DNA of 64,000 bases, taken from positions 416,001-480,000 of the forward strand of contig RDOB01000002.1 of assembly GCA_011364965.1 (NCBI GenBank). Direction: 5' to 3'. The stretch is from Candidatus Heimdallarchaeota archaeon. Lineage in GTDB: Archaea > Asgardarchaeota > Heimdallarchaeia > Hodarchaeales > Hodarchaeaceae. Below, piece after piece: positions 31,686 to 40,261 of the stretch. How positions within the stretch are numbered: position 1 is the first letter of the stretch; the number at the start of each line of letters is the position of its first letter. A program made the translations under genes and the position numbers. Below the pieces are notes generated by a model. That model worked only from the letters and a program-made list of their open reading frames with translations. It had not been told where the DNA came from and did not search any database.

Positions 31686-34013
31686 ATGTCACTAAATATT
31701 GTAGGGAAATCTGTTCCTAGAGCTGATGCTCGCGAAAAGGTAACTGGAACAGCTTTATACATAGATGATCTCCGGTTTCCACGCACCTTATATCTTAAAG
31801 TGCTCAGAGCTGGAATACCTCACGCAAAAATTAAAAATATTGAGACCAAGGAAGCAGAATCAATTCCTGGAGTACTTAAAATCTTAACAGGAAAAACAAT
31901 TGGTATCGATCCTGAACATTTTTACGGGACATGTATATTTGACCAACTTCCAATAGCTTTCAACAAAGTACGTCATTCTGGGGAGATAGTCGCTGCAGTA
32001 ATAGCTGAATCTGAAAAAACCGCTTTAGCTGCTGTTGAAAAAATAGAAGTAGATTATGAAGAGCTTCCTTTTGTGCTGGATCCTGTGGATTCGATTGCGG
32101 AAGGGGCCCCCCTAATTCATGAGAAAAATGGAGAATACAAACATTTACCCACTTTTACCCCTGTTCCAAATTCAAATATCTTTTTTGGATATAATTTAAA
32201 GAAAGGAAATTATGATAGAGTTTTTGATGGAGCAGACATTTATGTGGAAGGAGAATTTGAGTATCCCCTTGTAAATCATGTTGCTATGGAACCTCATGGA
32301 GCTATTGCTCATTGGGATCTCGCTGGTAATCTTCATCTATGGAGTAGCACTCAGGCGCCTTTTGTTGTACGGGAGGTACTTGCGGGATATTTAAATTTGA
32401 CTATGAACAAGATAAACATTCATGTACCTAGTGGTGGCCTTGGAGGCGGATTTGGAGGAAAATCTGATTACAATATTGAACCATTGGTCGCTTTGTGTGC
32501 TCGCTTTGTGCCGAATTATTATCTTAAATTTCAACTCACCAGAGAAGAAGTTTTTATCGGTACAGTGTTGGGACGAGGTTTGAAAGGGTATATGAAGATC
32601 GGAGCGAAGAAAAATGGGGCGTTTGTTGGGATTGAATGCTCTCAATATTATGCAGACGGAGCATACGCGGACACGAGCTGCAATGTAGTATTAGCTGGCG
32701 GACATAATTGCACAGGACCTTATTTTTTTCCAAATTGTAATTTAAAATCGTTTGGAGTTTATACAAATACTGTTCCTGTAGGTGCAATGCGAGGCTATGG
32801 TCATCCTGAAGGGCAGTTCATGGTGGAGCGACTGATTGAAAATTTGGCTCTTAAATTGGGAATTGATTCACGAAAGCTCCGAATGAAGAATTTTTTAAAA
32901 CCAGGTGACACAAATTCTCTAAATCAACCTATATTTGAGCATAACGGAAATGTTAGGGAGTGCTTCCAAAGGGTAGTTGATTCATTAAACGAAACACCAT
33001 TACCTGGGTCTAATGCAACTCATTACTATGGACGAGGATTTGCTGCTTTAGTTAAATCTCCAGTTCAAACTGCAAATGCTTCTTCTAATGTGTTTTTAAA
33101 AGTTAACGAGGATTTAACAGTATCCATAAGCATTGGAGGGGTCGAAATGGGACAAGGAGCATTAACTGTATTAGCGCAACTCGCTGCAGAAAAATTACAA
33201 TTCTCATTGGATAAAATAAGAATTAATCCAGAGATTAACACACAAATCACTCCTTGGGAATGGCAAACAGTAGCAAGTATGACAACTATGCGTGTTGGAA
33301 ATGCGATCTTAATTGCCTGTGAAAGGGCTATTGAGCAATTTAAAGTTAATGCATCTTTTCATTTTCAATGTGATATTTCACAACTTAATTATAATGGAAA
33401 AGCTATCAATTATAAAGATAAGGAATTTCCACTTGAGAAATTAGTGTTAGGTTATCAATATCCAGATGGACATACTGAAGGGAATCCAATTCAGGCTGTG
33501 GGATCATCTGTTGTCCGTAATGTGACATTGCCCGATTCTAGAACAGGGCAGTATCACCCCTATGAATGGACTTTCGGTGCTCAAGGGTGCGATGTAAGTA
33601 TAGAAAAATCTACTGGAATAATCAAAGTCTTACATTTTGTAACTGCTTTAGATGTTGGAAAAGTAATTAATCCAGCAACTGCGAAAGGGCAAATATACGG
33701 GGGAGTAATGATGGGATTGGGTCACACGTTGATGGAGAAAATAGAATATGATACCAAAGGAAGGATGAAAACTGTAAATTTACGTAGATATCGAATACCT
33801 AAATTAAGTGATATGCCTGAAAAGTTTTCATGCATTTTTGTGGAAACTCCTCAGCCAGATGGACCATATGGAGCTCGACCAATCGCTGAACATTCAGCTG
33901 TTGCTCCACCTGCTGCAATTTTAAATGCTATTCAAAATGCAACAGGGATATCATTTACAAAAATACCTATTACCTCAAGTGTGATGGTTGAGGCCTTATC
34001 AAGGAGAAAATAG
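31686..34013 (+). CDS. Xanthine dehydrogenase family molybdopterin-binding large subunit
   Basis: KVTGTALYIDD, HVAMEPH, GGGFGGK, AMRGYG, EMGQG, GQIYGG; lacks the VAYRCSFR loop of form I CODH; probable start MSLNIVGKS. Confidence 0.93.
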   Translation: MSLNIVGKSVPRADAREKVTGTALYIDDLRFPRTLYLKVLRAGIPHAKIKNIETKEAESIPGVLKILTGKTIGIDPEHFYGTCIFDQLPIAFNKVRHSGEIVAAVIAESEKTALAAVEKIEVDYEELPFVLDPVDSIAEGAPLIHEKNGEYKHLPTFTPVPNSNIFFGYNLKKGNYDRVFDGADIYVEGEFEYPLVNHVAMEPHGAIAHWDLAGNLHLWSSTQAPFVVREVLAGYLNLTMNKINIHVPSGGLGGGFGGKSDYNIEPLVALCARFVPNYYLKFQLTREEVFIGTVLGRGLKGYMKIGAKKNGAFVGIECSQYYADGAYADTSCNVVLAGGHNCTGPYFFPNCNLKSFGVYTNTVPVGAMRGYGHPEGQFMVERLIENLALKLGIDSRKLRMKNFLKPGDTNSLNQPIFEHNGNVRECFQRVVDSLNETPLPGSNATHYYGRGFAALVKSPVQTANASSNVFLKVNEDLTVSISIGGVEMGQGALTVLAQLAAEKLQFSLDKIRINPEINTQITPWEWQTVASMTTMRVGNAILIACERAIEQFKVNASFHFQCDISQLNYNGKAINYKDKEFPLEKLVLGYQYPDGHTEGNPIQAVGSSVVRNVTLPDSRTGQYHPYEWTFGAQGCDVSIEKSTGIIKVLHFVTALDVGKVINPATAKGQIYGGVMMGLGHTLMEKIEYDTKGRMKTVNLRRYRIPKLSDMPEKFSCIFVETPQPDGPYGARPIAEHSAVAPPAAILNAIQNATGISFTKIPITSSVMVEALSRRK

Positions 34014-34014
34014 A

Positions 34015-34491
34015 ATGGAACTAAAATTTAAAGTCAATGGACAAGAAATATTTCTTCAAGTTAATCCTAATGACTCTCTTCTCTACATCCTCCGAGATCG
34101 TTTACATTTAACAGGAACAAAAAATGGATGTAGCGCAGGTCATTGCGGAGCATGTGTTGTCATTATGAACGAGGAGGCTGTAAAATCTTGTTTACAAAAA
34201 GCGAAGCGACTTAATAATGCAGAAATTATTACGATTGAGGGTCTTACTCCTAAAGAACCGAGTGGGGAATTACATCCAATTCAACAGGCATTCATCGATG
34301 CAACAGCAATCCAGTGTGGATTCTGTACTCCTGGATACATTATGGAATTATATGGTTTATTTCTAAGAAATCCAGAAGCTTCCCTAGATGAAATCAAAGT
34401 AGCTTTAGAAGGACATCTGTGTCGTTGTACAGGGTTCAAACCTATTCTTGAGGCAGCAGTATTAGCTCAACAATATCTAAATAAGAAATAG
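34015..34491 (+). CDS. Mo-hydroxylase small 2x[2Fe-2S] subunit (CoxS/XdhC-like)
   Basis: GTKNGCSAGHCGAC, QCGFCTPG, GHLCRCTG. Confidence 0.95.
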   Translation: MELKFKVNGQEIFLQVNPNDSLLYILRDRLHLTGTKNGCSAGHCGACVVIMNEEAVKSCLQKAKRLNNAEIITIEGLTPKEPSGELHPIQQAFIDATAIQCGFCTPGYIMELYGLFLRNPEASLDEIKVALEGHLCRCTGFKPILEAAVLAQQYLNKK

Positions 34492-34507
34492 GTTACAGAA
34501 AAGTAAT
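34492..34507. promoter_or_regulatory. Putative operator GTTAC-N6-GTAAT upstream of the decayed 7-TM gene
   Basis: GTTACAGAAAAGTAAT, a 9/10 match to the two perfect boxes at 36030 and 36105. Confidence 0.55.
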
Positions 34508-34609
34508 CAAAAACTAAATATCAGCTTCTGAGGTTTATTTCATTTGCTTCTATGCAATCTTAACTTAAATTGATACGTTTCTATAGAATGTTGAAATATA
34601 GCCTCATTA

Positions 34610-35286
34610 TTGGAAACTGATTTACTTGGAGCTATAGTACTTTTACTAGTCGGAATAATAGTTTTTGTGCTCATTTTATTGCTCTTTAGAGAGTATATGA
34701 CGACAAAGAAACCTTATCATATGATATGGTATATTAGTTTTTTTTGTCTGTTTTATTTGTCTCTGGTGTGTTAATTATACTCTTTGGTTAGGGAGACACC
34801 TTCGGGAATCCTCTCGTCTCTCCAATCGCAGCCTTAATACATGCTGGAATAGCAATAGGTCTTGTATATGCTGTTAGGCCTGATATGAAATACGGGTTAT
34901 TCTATGCTGTTTATTGCATTGTTTTAATCGGATTATTAGCTGTTATGAAATATAATATCTTATTGTCTAGAATGACCTCAGTTACACTAATGACAGTGCA
35001 TATTCCATCGGGATTAATTATCTCATTTCTTCCCCTATATACAGCATTCTTAACAAAAGAAACAGAATGAATAAAAGCTTTTTTCAGAATTGGAGAATTA
35101 CTAATATCTTTCAGTGGTGTTTAATTAGCTATTACTATTGTTGTGACTAGAAATGTGGATCCTCTATTATTTATTTTTGATATTCTCCCCTACCTACTTT
35201 TAGTGGTTGGAATGCCATTCGTTTTGAGATTAGGGTTACCATCTAAATGGAAAATCGGTATACCAGTAATTAGCGGGCTATTTTAA
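34610..35286 (+). pseudogene. Decayed ~7-TM membrane protein gene
   Basis: Continuous hydrophobic protein (LETDLLGAIVLLLVG...VLFVSGVLIILFG*...VHIPSGLII...) broken by a frameshift in the T run at 34738-34745 and stops TAG 34789, TGA 35068, TAA 35122. Confidence 0.75.
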
Positions 35287-35429
35287 CCCCACTACTTTTT
35301 TTGTAAGCTTTTCAATTATAGAATTATATACGCTCTTTTAAAATAATACGTGTAAACGAAAATTTCACCTAATCAGATGTTAACTGAAATCTTAAGGGAG
35401 TAATAATTTTAACAGTGACACTTTACCAT

Positions 35430-35915
35430 TTATTTTGAATTATAATGCCATTGAAATAATTCACGTGCTTTATCCAAATCGATCATAGCTACACTATTAT
35501 GAATACAGCTGAAGGAACGACATTTTTTCTGTTCAATTCCTCCCCATTTAATACCCCATCCCTTTAACACGGCAAATATAACACTAAAATCCTCGCCCTT
35601 TTTGGTTAATGTGTATTGAACGCGAACAGGGATTTTATCACTTAATACTTCTCGTTTGACAATTTCATTCTCTTCTAATAAAGAAAGACCTTCCGAAAGA
35701 ACACGTGCTGAGATTTTTTCTCCTTGTATACCTAAAATTTCAGACTGAAAGTCTGAAAAAAACATTTTAGTGTTTAATAATAACCCACATATGATATAAG
35801 CAATCCATTTTTTACCTAAAAGCTTCATTGGAAGCATTGCAGCACATTCATCTACCTCTTGGTCTATTGTTTCATCTCTCAAATCATTTTCGTTCATTAT
35901 TACGAGATCCTTCAT
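35430..35915 (-). CDS. HxlR/DUF24 winged-helix transcriptional regulator with Cys residues
   Basis: ECAAMLPMKLLGKKW, ISARVLSEGL, PVRVQYTLTKKG, C-terminal CRSFSCIH. Confidence 0.9.
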   Translation of the reverse strand: MKDLVIMNENDLRDETIDQEVDECAAMLPMKLLGKKWIAYIICGLLLNTKMFFSDFQSEILGIQGEKISARVLSEGLSLLEENEIVKREVLSDKIPVRVQYTLTKKGEDFSVIFAVLKGWGIKWGGIEQKKCRSFSCIHNSVAMIDLDKARELFQWHYNSK

Positions 35916-36029
35916 TACTTCATGAATAAATGTTCACATTTGAATACATCTATTTGAATATTTGAAATTAAGAAAGATCTAGCTGTTACTTAATAAATAT
36001 TACTAGGTAATAAAAACCCCACTTTTTTG

Positions 36030-36045
36030 GTTACTTTTGAGTAAC
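36030..36045. promoter_or_regulatory. Palindromic operator GTTAC-N6-GTAAC in the hxlR/cytochrome divergent promoter
   Basis: GTTACTTTTGAGTAAC perfect inverted repeat upstream of the AAAAATACTTAA BRE/TATA-like element. Confidence 0.7.
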
Positions 36046-36102
36046 GTGCGAACATGTTTCTCACTTAAAAATACTTAAGGTATCGCATAGGGTCAATTGT
36101 GC

Positions 36103-36122
36103 CAGTTACGATACTGTAACTG
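36103..36122. promoter_or_regulatory. Second palindromic operator CAGTTAC-N6-GTAACTG at the predicted cytochrome transcription start
   Basis: CAGTTACGATACTGTAACTG, 7-bp arms, ~25 nt downstream of the TATA-like box. Confidence 0.7.
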
Positions 36123-36155
36123 AATGATATAGTTCCCTTTTATGGCGGTTTATTT

Positions 36156-37754
36156 ATGAATAATAATGAAGAAGAAATATTAATGCGCCAGAGTAAGTGG
36201 AGCGGTCGTAGAGTCATATTACTCTACTGGTTAGCAATTGTTTTCGTTGGGACAAGCACTGCTGCAGGTCTTGGTGTAACAATTCTCAAGCCGACATATA
36301 AAATAGCAGCAGAAGATCCTCATGCCGGAATTACAGAACCCTGGTATCCAGAAGATTGCATTGCTTGCCACCCTGACGAAGTTGCAGGCTGGAACACCAC
36401 TTGGCACGCGCAAATAGTCGGAGAATATGATCCGTTAGATCCGTTATTGAACGGAAGTAAGGTATCATTTAATAGTACACATTATTGGCGAACTCCAAAT
36501 ACATTACCACCACCATCAACCATTACATATTGGACTTACAATCAGCTATTCAACGCCTCTGGACAACAGTGCTGTATGACAACACGATGGTACAATGTTA
36601 CTCTTATAAACGCGACCACTGGAGAAGTCTTATATTTCAATACTACTCTATCTGCTGAACTTGGAGGCTATACAAGCAACATTTGGGACATTGGCGTTTC
36701 TTGTGCAGCATGTCATCCGAACCCTGGAGAAATCAGTCTGAGTCATACCTATTGTGCAAGTTGTCACTTAGCTGGTGGAAATCAAGGGTTACACTATACG
36801 CGAAGTGGTCACTATAACGCTCTAAACGACCTATTGGCGAGTACTGATCTCACGACACAAGTATTATTGCATTATACTGGATACTGGTATTATATTGGTC
36901 AGAGTACTTACATGCAAGTTAGCGATCTTGAAACAGGTGAATATTATCGCATTACTTGCGTTACTTGTCATGATCCACACGATTCAACAGTTAATGCAGG
37001 TGATGTGTCAAATAAAATGAGTCCATGGACAAACCCTTATACAGGAGAAACCTTTGGACCAGGTGGAAGCCAACTACGAGCAGCTACTGTCAATGAACTC
37101 TGTGGTATTTGTCATCATATCAATCTCAATACTAGTACAGGAGCATTCCTAGATCCAAGCAATCATACTGCATTAAGCTGTACTAATTGTCACGGTTACT
37201 CGTACACTCCAGCTACCAATACGACTGGTGCACTAGTTCACAGTTGGGTATTTGGTGGACCCGAACCCGGAGATGCTTGTGGTGTATGCCATTATGAAAA
37301 TGCTTCCACTGTTTATGCTCAGATGCTTGCATATCTAGACCAATTTGGTGATGTTGCCACTTTGAGAGCTGAATATGAAACTAAGTTAGCAGCTGCCGAA
37401 TTAGCATACAACACAGCTAATACAACAGAAGGAGCTGATGCTGCGAAGCTAGCTAACGCTTATGCTTTGATTGAAGAAGCTAAAGAATTAGCTGAACGTT
37501 CTGCTCTAACTTTCCACAATCCTGAATTAGGTACAGCTGTTGAGGAATCGCAGTTATCGCTAGCATTAACAAAACTAGATGAAGCAACAACAGAAGCTTT
37601 GGAAGCTCTTCCAACTACGACCACAACTACGACCACAACTACAACTGCTGCAACCACCACCACCACTACTACTGCTGCAACATCCGCAATTGGTTTAGTT
37701 GCTGTAATGAGCATCTTAAGTGTTGTAATAGTATTCCGAAGGAAACGACGTTAG
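36156..37754 (+). CDS. Surface-anchored multiheme cytochrome c (7 canonical CxxCH; c554-like N-terminus and NrfA/c552-like helical C-terminus)
   Basis: CIACH, CAACH, CASCH, CVTCH, CGICH, CTNCH, CGVCH; TFHNPE after long helices; N-terminal signal; poly-Thr linker, TM helix, RRKRR. Confidence 0.92.
   Translation: MNNNEEEILMRQSKWSGRRVILLYWLAIVFVGTSTAAGLGVTILKPTYKIAAEDPHAGITEPWYPEDCIACHPDEVAGWNTTWHAQIVGEYDPLDPLLNGSKVSFNSTHYWRTPNTLPPPSTITYWTYNQLFNASGQQCCMTTRWYNVTLINATTGEVLYFNTTLSAELGGYTSNIWDIGVSCAACHPNPGEISLSHTYCASCHLAGGNQGLHYTRSGHYNALNDLLASTDLTTQVLLHYTGYWYYIGQSTYMQVSDLETGEYYRITCVTCHDPHDSTVNAGDVSNKMSPWTNPYTGETFGPGGSQLRAATVNELCGICHHINLNTSTGAFLDPSNHTALSCTNCHGYSYTPATNTTGALVHSWVFGGPEPGDACGVCHYENASTVYAQMLAYLDQFGDVATLRAEYETKLAAAELAYNTANTTEGADAAKLANAYALIEEAKELAERSALTFHNPELGTAVEESQLSLALTKLDEATTEALEALPTTTTTTTTTTTAATTTTTTTAATSAIGLVAVMSILSVVIVFRRKRR
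37614..37682 (+). repeat. ACN-codon low-complexity tract encoding a Thr-rich linker
   Basis: actacgaccaca twice, followed by acc/act runs. Confidence 0.8.
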
Positions 37755-37786
37755 CTAGATTGGCGTATATCAAATCGATATCCTTA

Positions 37787-37826
37787 AGCAAGAACAGCAG
37801 ATCTCTGCTGTTCTATTGCTTTTTTT
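37787..37826 (+). terminator. Hairpin plus oligo-T terminator after the cytochrome gene
   Basis: AGAACAGCAGA-TC-TCTGCTGTTCT perfect inverted repeat followed by T7. Confidence 0.75.
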
Positions 37827-38037
37827 ATCTGTCGTGATCAAAATTTATCTTGGTTCGGTATTTGCTTTTTGAAGAACCAATAATGATGTCAGTTAAGTCA
37901 CTCATATTATTTTTTTCCCAATAAATTCCAATAAATTAATTAATATCACCGTTTAAAACAAATATGGTTAATAAACAATATAATAAGTTCCATATTATTG
38001 CAGGTGAGTAGTATTCAATAAAGAGATGGATTGAATC

Positions 38038-40242
38038 ATGATTCACACTATCGTAAAACATTTAGAAGTTAAAAGACCTATAAAATATTCCTTTCTTGCG
38101 TTAATATTAATCACTTTTTTTTTAGTAAATAATGCACATATTTTACCACAGCAATTTCTAAATGAAAATCTACCTAACCAGAAAAATTATAAGATAAACG
38201 TTGAAACAGAGCAAAAAAATTTTGAAGATCTTTGTTTAAGTAGACTAACTCGAGCAAGTGATTCTGATGTAATTTTTCCTACCTTTCTTTATCTCTCGAT
38301 CGAAATTGCAAATCTTCTTATTGAGAATTTATATGATAATGTATCGAATGGATTCTATTTTTCTATTGATGAAGAATGGCGAGAGGTTACTATTAATTCT
38401 GAAAAACGAACCTATGATAATGCTCAAGCAATATTAGGGTTGTTAAAACTTGCTGAAGCTGTTATTAATCAGACTGAAAGTGATTTTGCGCTAAATATTG
38501 CGGAAAGTACAGCTAATGGCTTACTTAATAATTTATGGGATCCAGATTTTGACGGTTTCTTTATTAGTCCATCAGATAGATATAAAAAGCCAGGGATTCA
38601 TGGAAAAGCCATTCAAGCTTTTTTAGCATTATATGAGGAAACAGGAATCTCTTCTTATCGTGAAACAGCAATTGATACATTGAATTTTATTGATAGAGTA
38701 GCTTGGAATGACTCTGAAGGTTATTATATTTATGTGACATCACACACTGGGTTACCTCTGATCGTGAATCCATATCAAGGGGATCCATATGAACCCCAAT
38801 CTCTCCGAGTAGATCATAATTCAATCATGGGAATTGCATTGCTCGATTTTTATCGTATAGATACCAATTCAACATATTTAACAAAAGCCTGCCGGATCTA
38901 TGATATTATTAATGAAACATGTAGGAATAGCACTACGAATTTATTTTATACAGGTGTGGATAGTCACCATGAAATAGTTTATCCAGAGGCGTCAGACCTC
39001 TTCATTAATTCTCTTGTTCTGGAATTTCTAGCTCAACTCTACAATGTAACAGAGGATCAGAAGTATTATGAGGACTTTTTTATTTTATTGAATACTGTAT
39101 TACTCAATTTCTGGGATAATGATTATGGAGGTTTCATATCTACACGTTCTTCGGGTAATTTTAGCTCCGATGATAGAACTAAATTTACAGAAAGGCAATT
39201 TTACGGAATTGAAGCACTTGATAAAGCTTATAAGCTCACAAATAACGATCTATATTATAATCTTATTTTAGATACGATCGAAATTCTCAATACAAATCTT
39301 TATGACCAAATTAATGGTGGATACTACCAATTAGCAAATCCAGACGGATCCCAAAGCGGTGATGCAACGTGGAAAATGAAAGTAACTGTTACTCAATCAT
39401 TAGGTATTTATACATTAGCAAATATCTGGTTGTATAGCAAACCAAGTGCCCTAAATGTTATTTGGTCACCAACTACTCCACGTCCCCAAGATAAAGTTTC
39501 TCTATTAATTGCAGCTTTTGATCCAGTAGGTATTTCAACAGTCTTTCTGAATTACTCTATTGATGGAAGTAATTTTAAATTATTAGAAATGGTTCCACAT
39601 CTCGTTAAAAACATGTTTATATGTAATATTGACCCTCCATATAAAGATGGAACATCTATAAACTTTAATATTATTATTACCAACGCCAATGATGAACAAG
39701 TTATTAGAGGTGATTACTCCTTCCTCTGGCAATTTGATAGATGGCCTCCTGAGGTTCAAGTGCTTGGATTTTTACCTGGAATAGAAATACCAGTAAACGA
39801 AGAATTTACAATTATTGTTACTGCAAATGATATCCCCTCTCAAGGAAGTGTTAGATATGTTCGTATCCATTATTATCTTACTGAACGCGACGTTAAAAAC
39901 GTACTTCTTAACCAATTTGACGTACATTTATGGAAAATAACCTTTCCTGAGGGGCTTCCTATACCCGGAACTTATACCTATTATTTCGAGTCATCAGATT
40001 TAGAATGGAACCCTAGTTTTAGCCATGTAGATACCTTTACTATTTTAGGAAGCTTAGAGGTTCCGTTCCCTCTATCACAAGTTGTATTTTTCTTACTTTT
40101 TATCGGTGTATTTGTCCCTACTGGATTGTATTCCTATGTTGAATATAAGAAAAAGAGTGCACGGAAGAAATTAAAGGTTATACGTGAAGTTCGTAACAAG
40201 AAAATGAGAAGATTGAATAAGCGTGGTACGAAAAGAACTTAA
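38038..40242 (+). CDS. Membrane-anchored extracellular (alpha/alpha)6-barrel protein (YyaL/AGE-like) with Ig-like domains
   Basis: EKRTYDNAQAI resembles YyaL EKMLYDNAQL; repeated LWDxxxxGFF helical-hairpin motifs; two beta-rich domains; C-terminal TM plus basic tail. Confidence 0.75.
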   Translation: MIHTIVKHLEVKRPIKYSFLALILITFFLVNNAHILPQQFLNENLPNQKNYKINVETEQKNFEDLCLSRLTRASDSDVIFPTFLYLSIEIANLLIENLYDNVSNGFYFSIDEEWREVTINSEKRTYDNAQAILGLLKLAEAVINQTESDFALNIAESTANGLLNNLWDPDFDGFFISPSDRYKKPGIHGKAIQAFLALYEETGISSYRETAIDTLNFIDRVAWNDSEGYYIYVTSHTGLPLIVNPYQGDPYEPQSLRVDHNSIMGIALLDFYRIDTNSTYLTKACRIYDIINETCRNSTTNLFYTGVDSHHEIVYPEASDLFINSLVLEFLAQLYNVTEDQKYYEDFFILLNTVLLNFWDNDYGGFISTRSSGNFSSDDRTKFTERQFYGIEALDKAYKLTNNDLYYNLILDTIEILNTNLYDQINGGYYQLANPDGSQSGDATWKMKVTVTQSLGIYTLANIWLYSKPSALNVIWSPTTPRPQDKVSLLIAAFDPVGISTVFLNYSIDGSNFKLLEMVPHLVKNMFICNIDPPYKDGTSINFNIIITNANDEQVIRGDYSFLWQFDRWPPEVQVLGFLPGIEIPVNEEFTIIVTANDIPSQGSVRYVRIHYYLTERDVKNVLLNQFDVHLWKITFPEGLPIPGTYTYYFESSDLEWNPSFSHVDTFTILGSLEVPFPLSQVVFFLLFIGVFVPTGLYSYVEYKKKSARKKLKVIREVRNKKMRRLNKRGTKRT

Positions 40243-40261
40243 GTAATAAGGAGATAATGAC

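Noticed and set aside
31686-34013. Aerobic CO dehydrogenase (coxL)
   Set aside because: Active-site loop is AMRGYG, not VAYRCSFR; no coxM or accessory cox genes
34789-35124. Stop-codon reassignment (TAG/TGA) in the 7-TM gene
   Set aside because: All three stop types plus a frameshift occur, and intact genes in the window end normally with TAA, TAG and TGA
36156-37754. Canonical NrfA nitrite reductase
   Set aside because: No CxxCK motif, different heme count, no nrfH or nrfBCD, and a C-terminal stalk anchor
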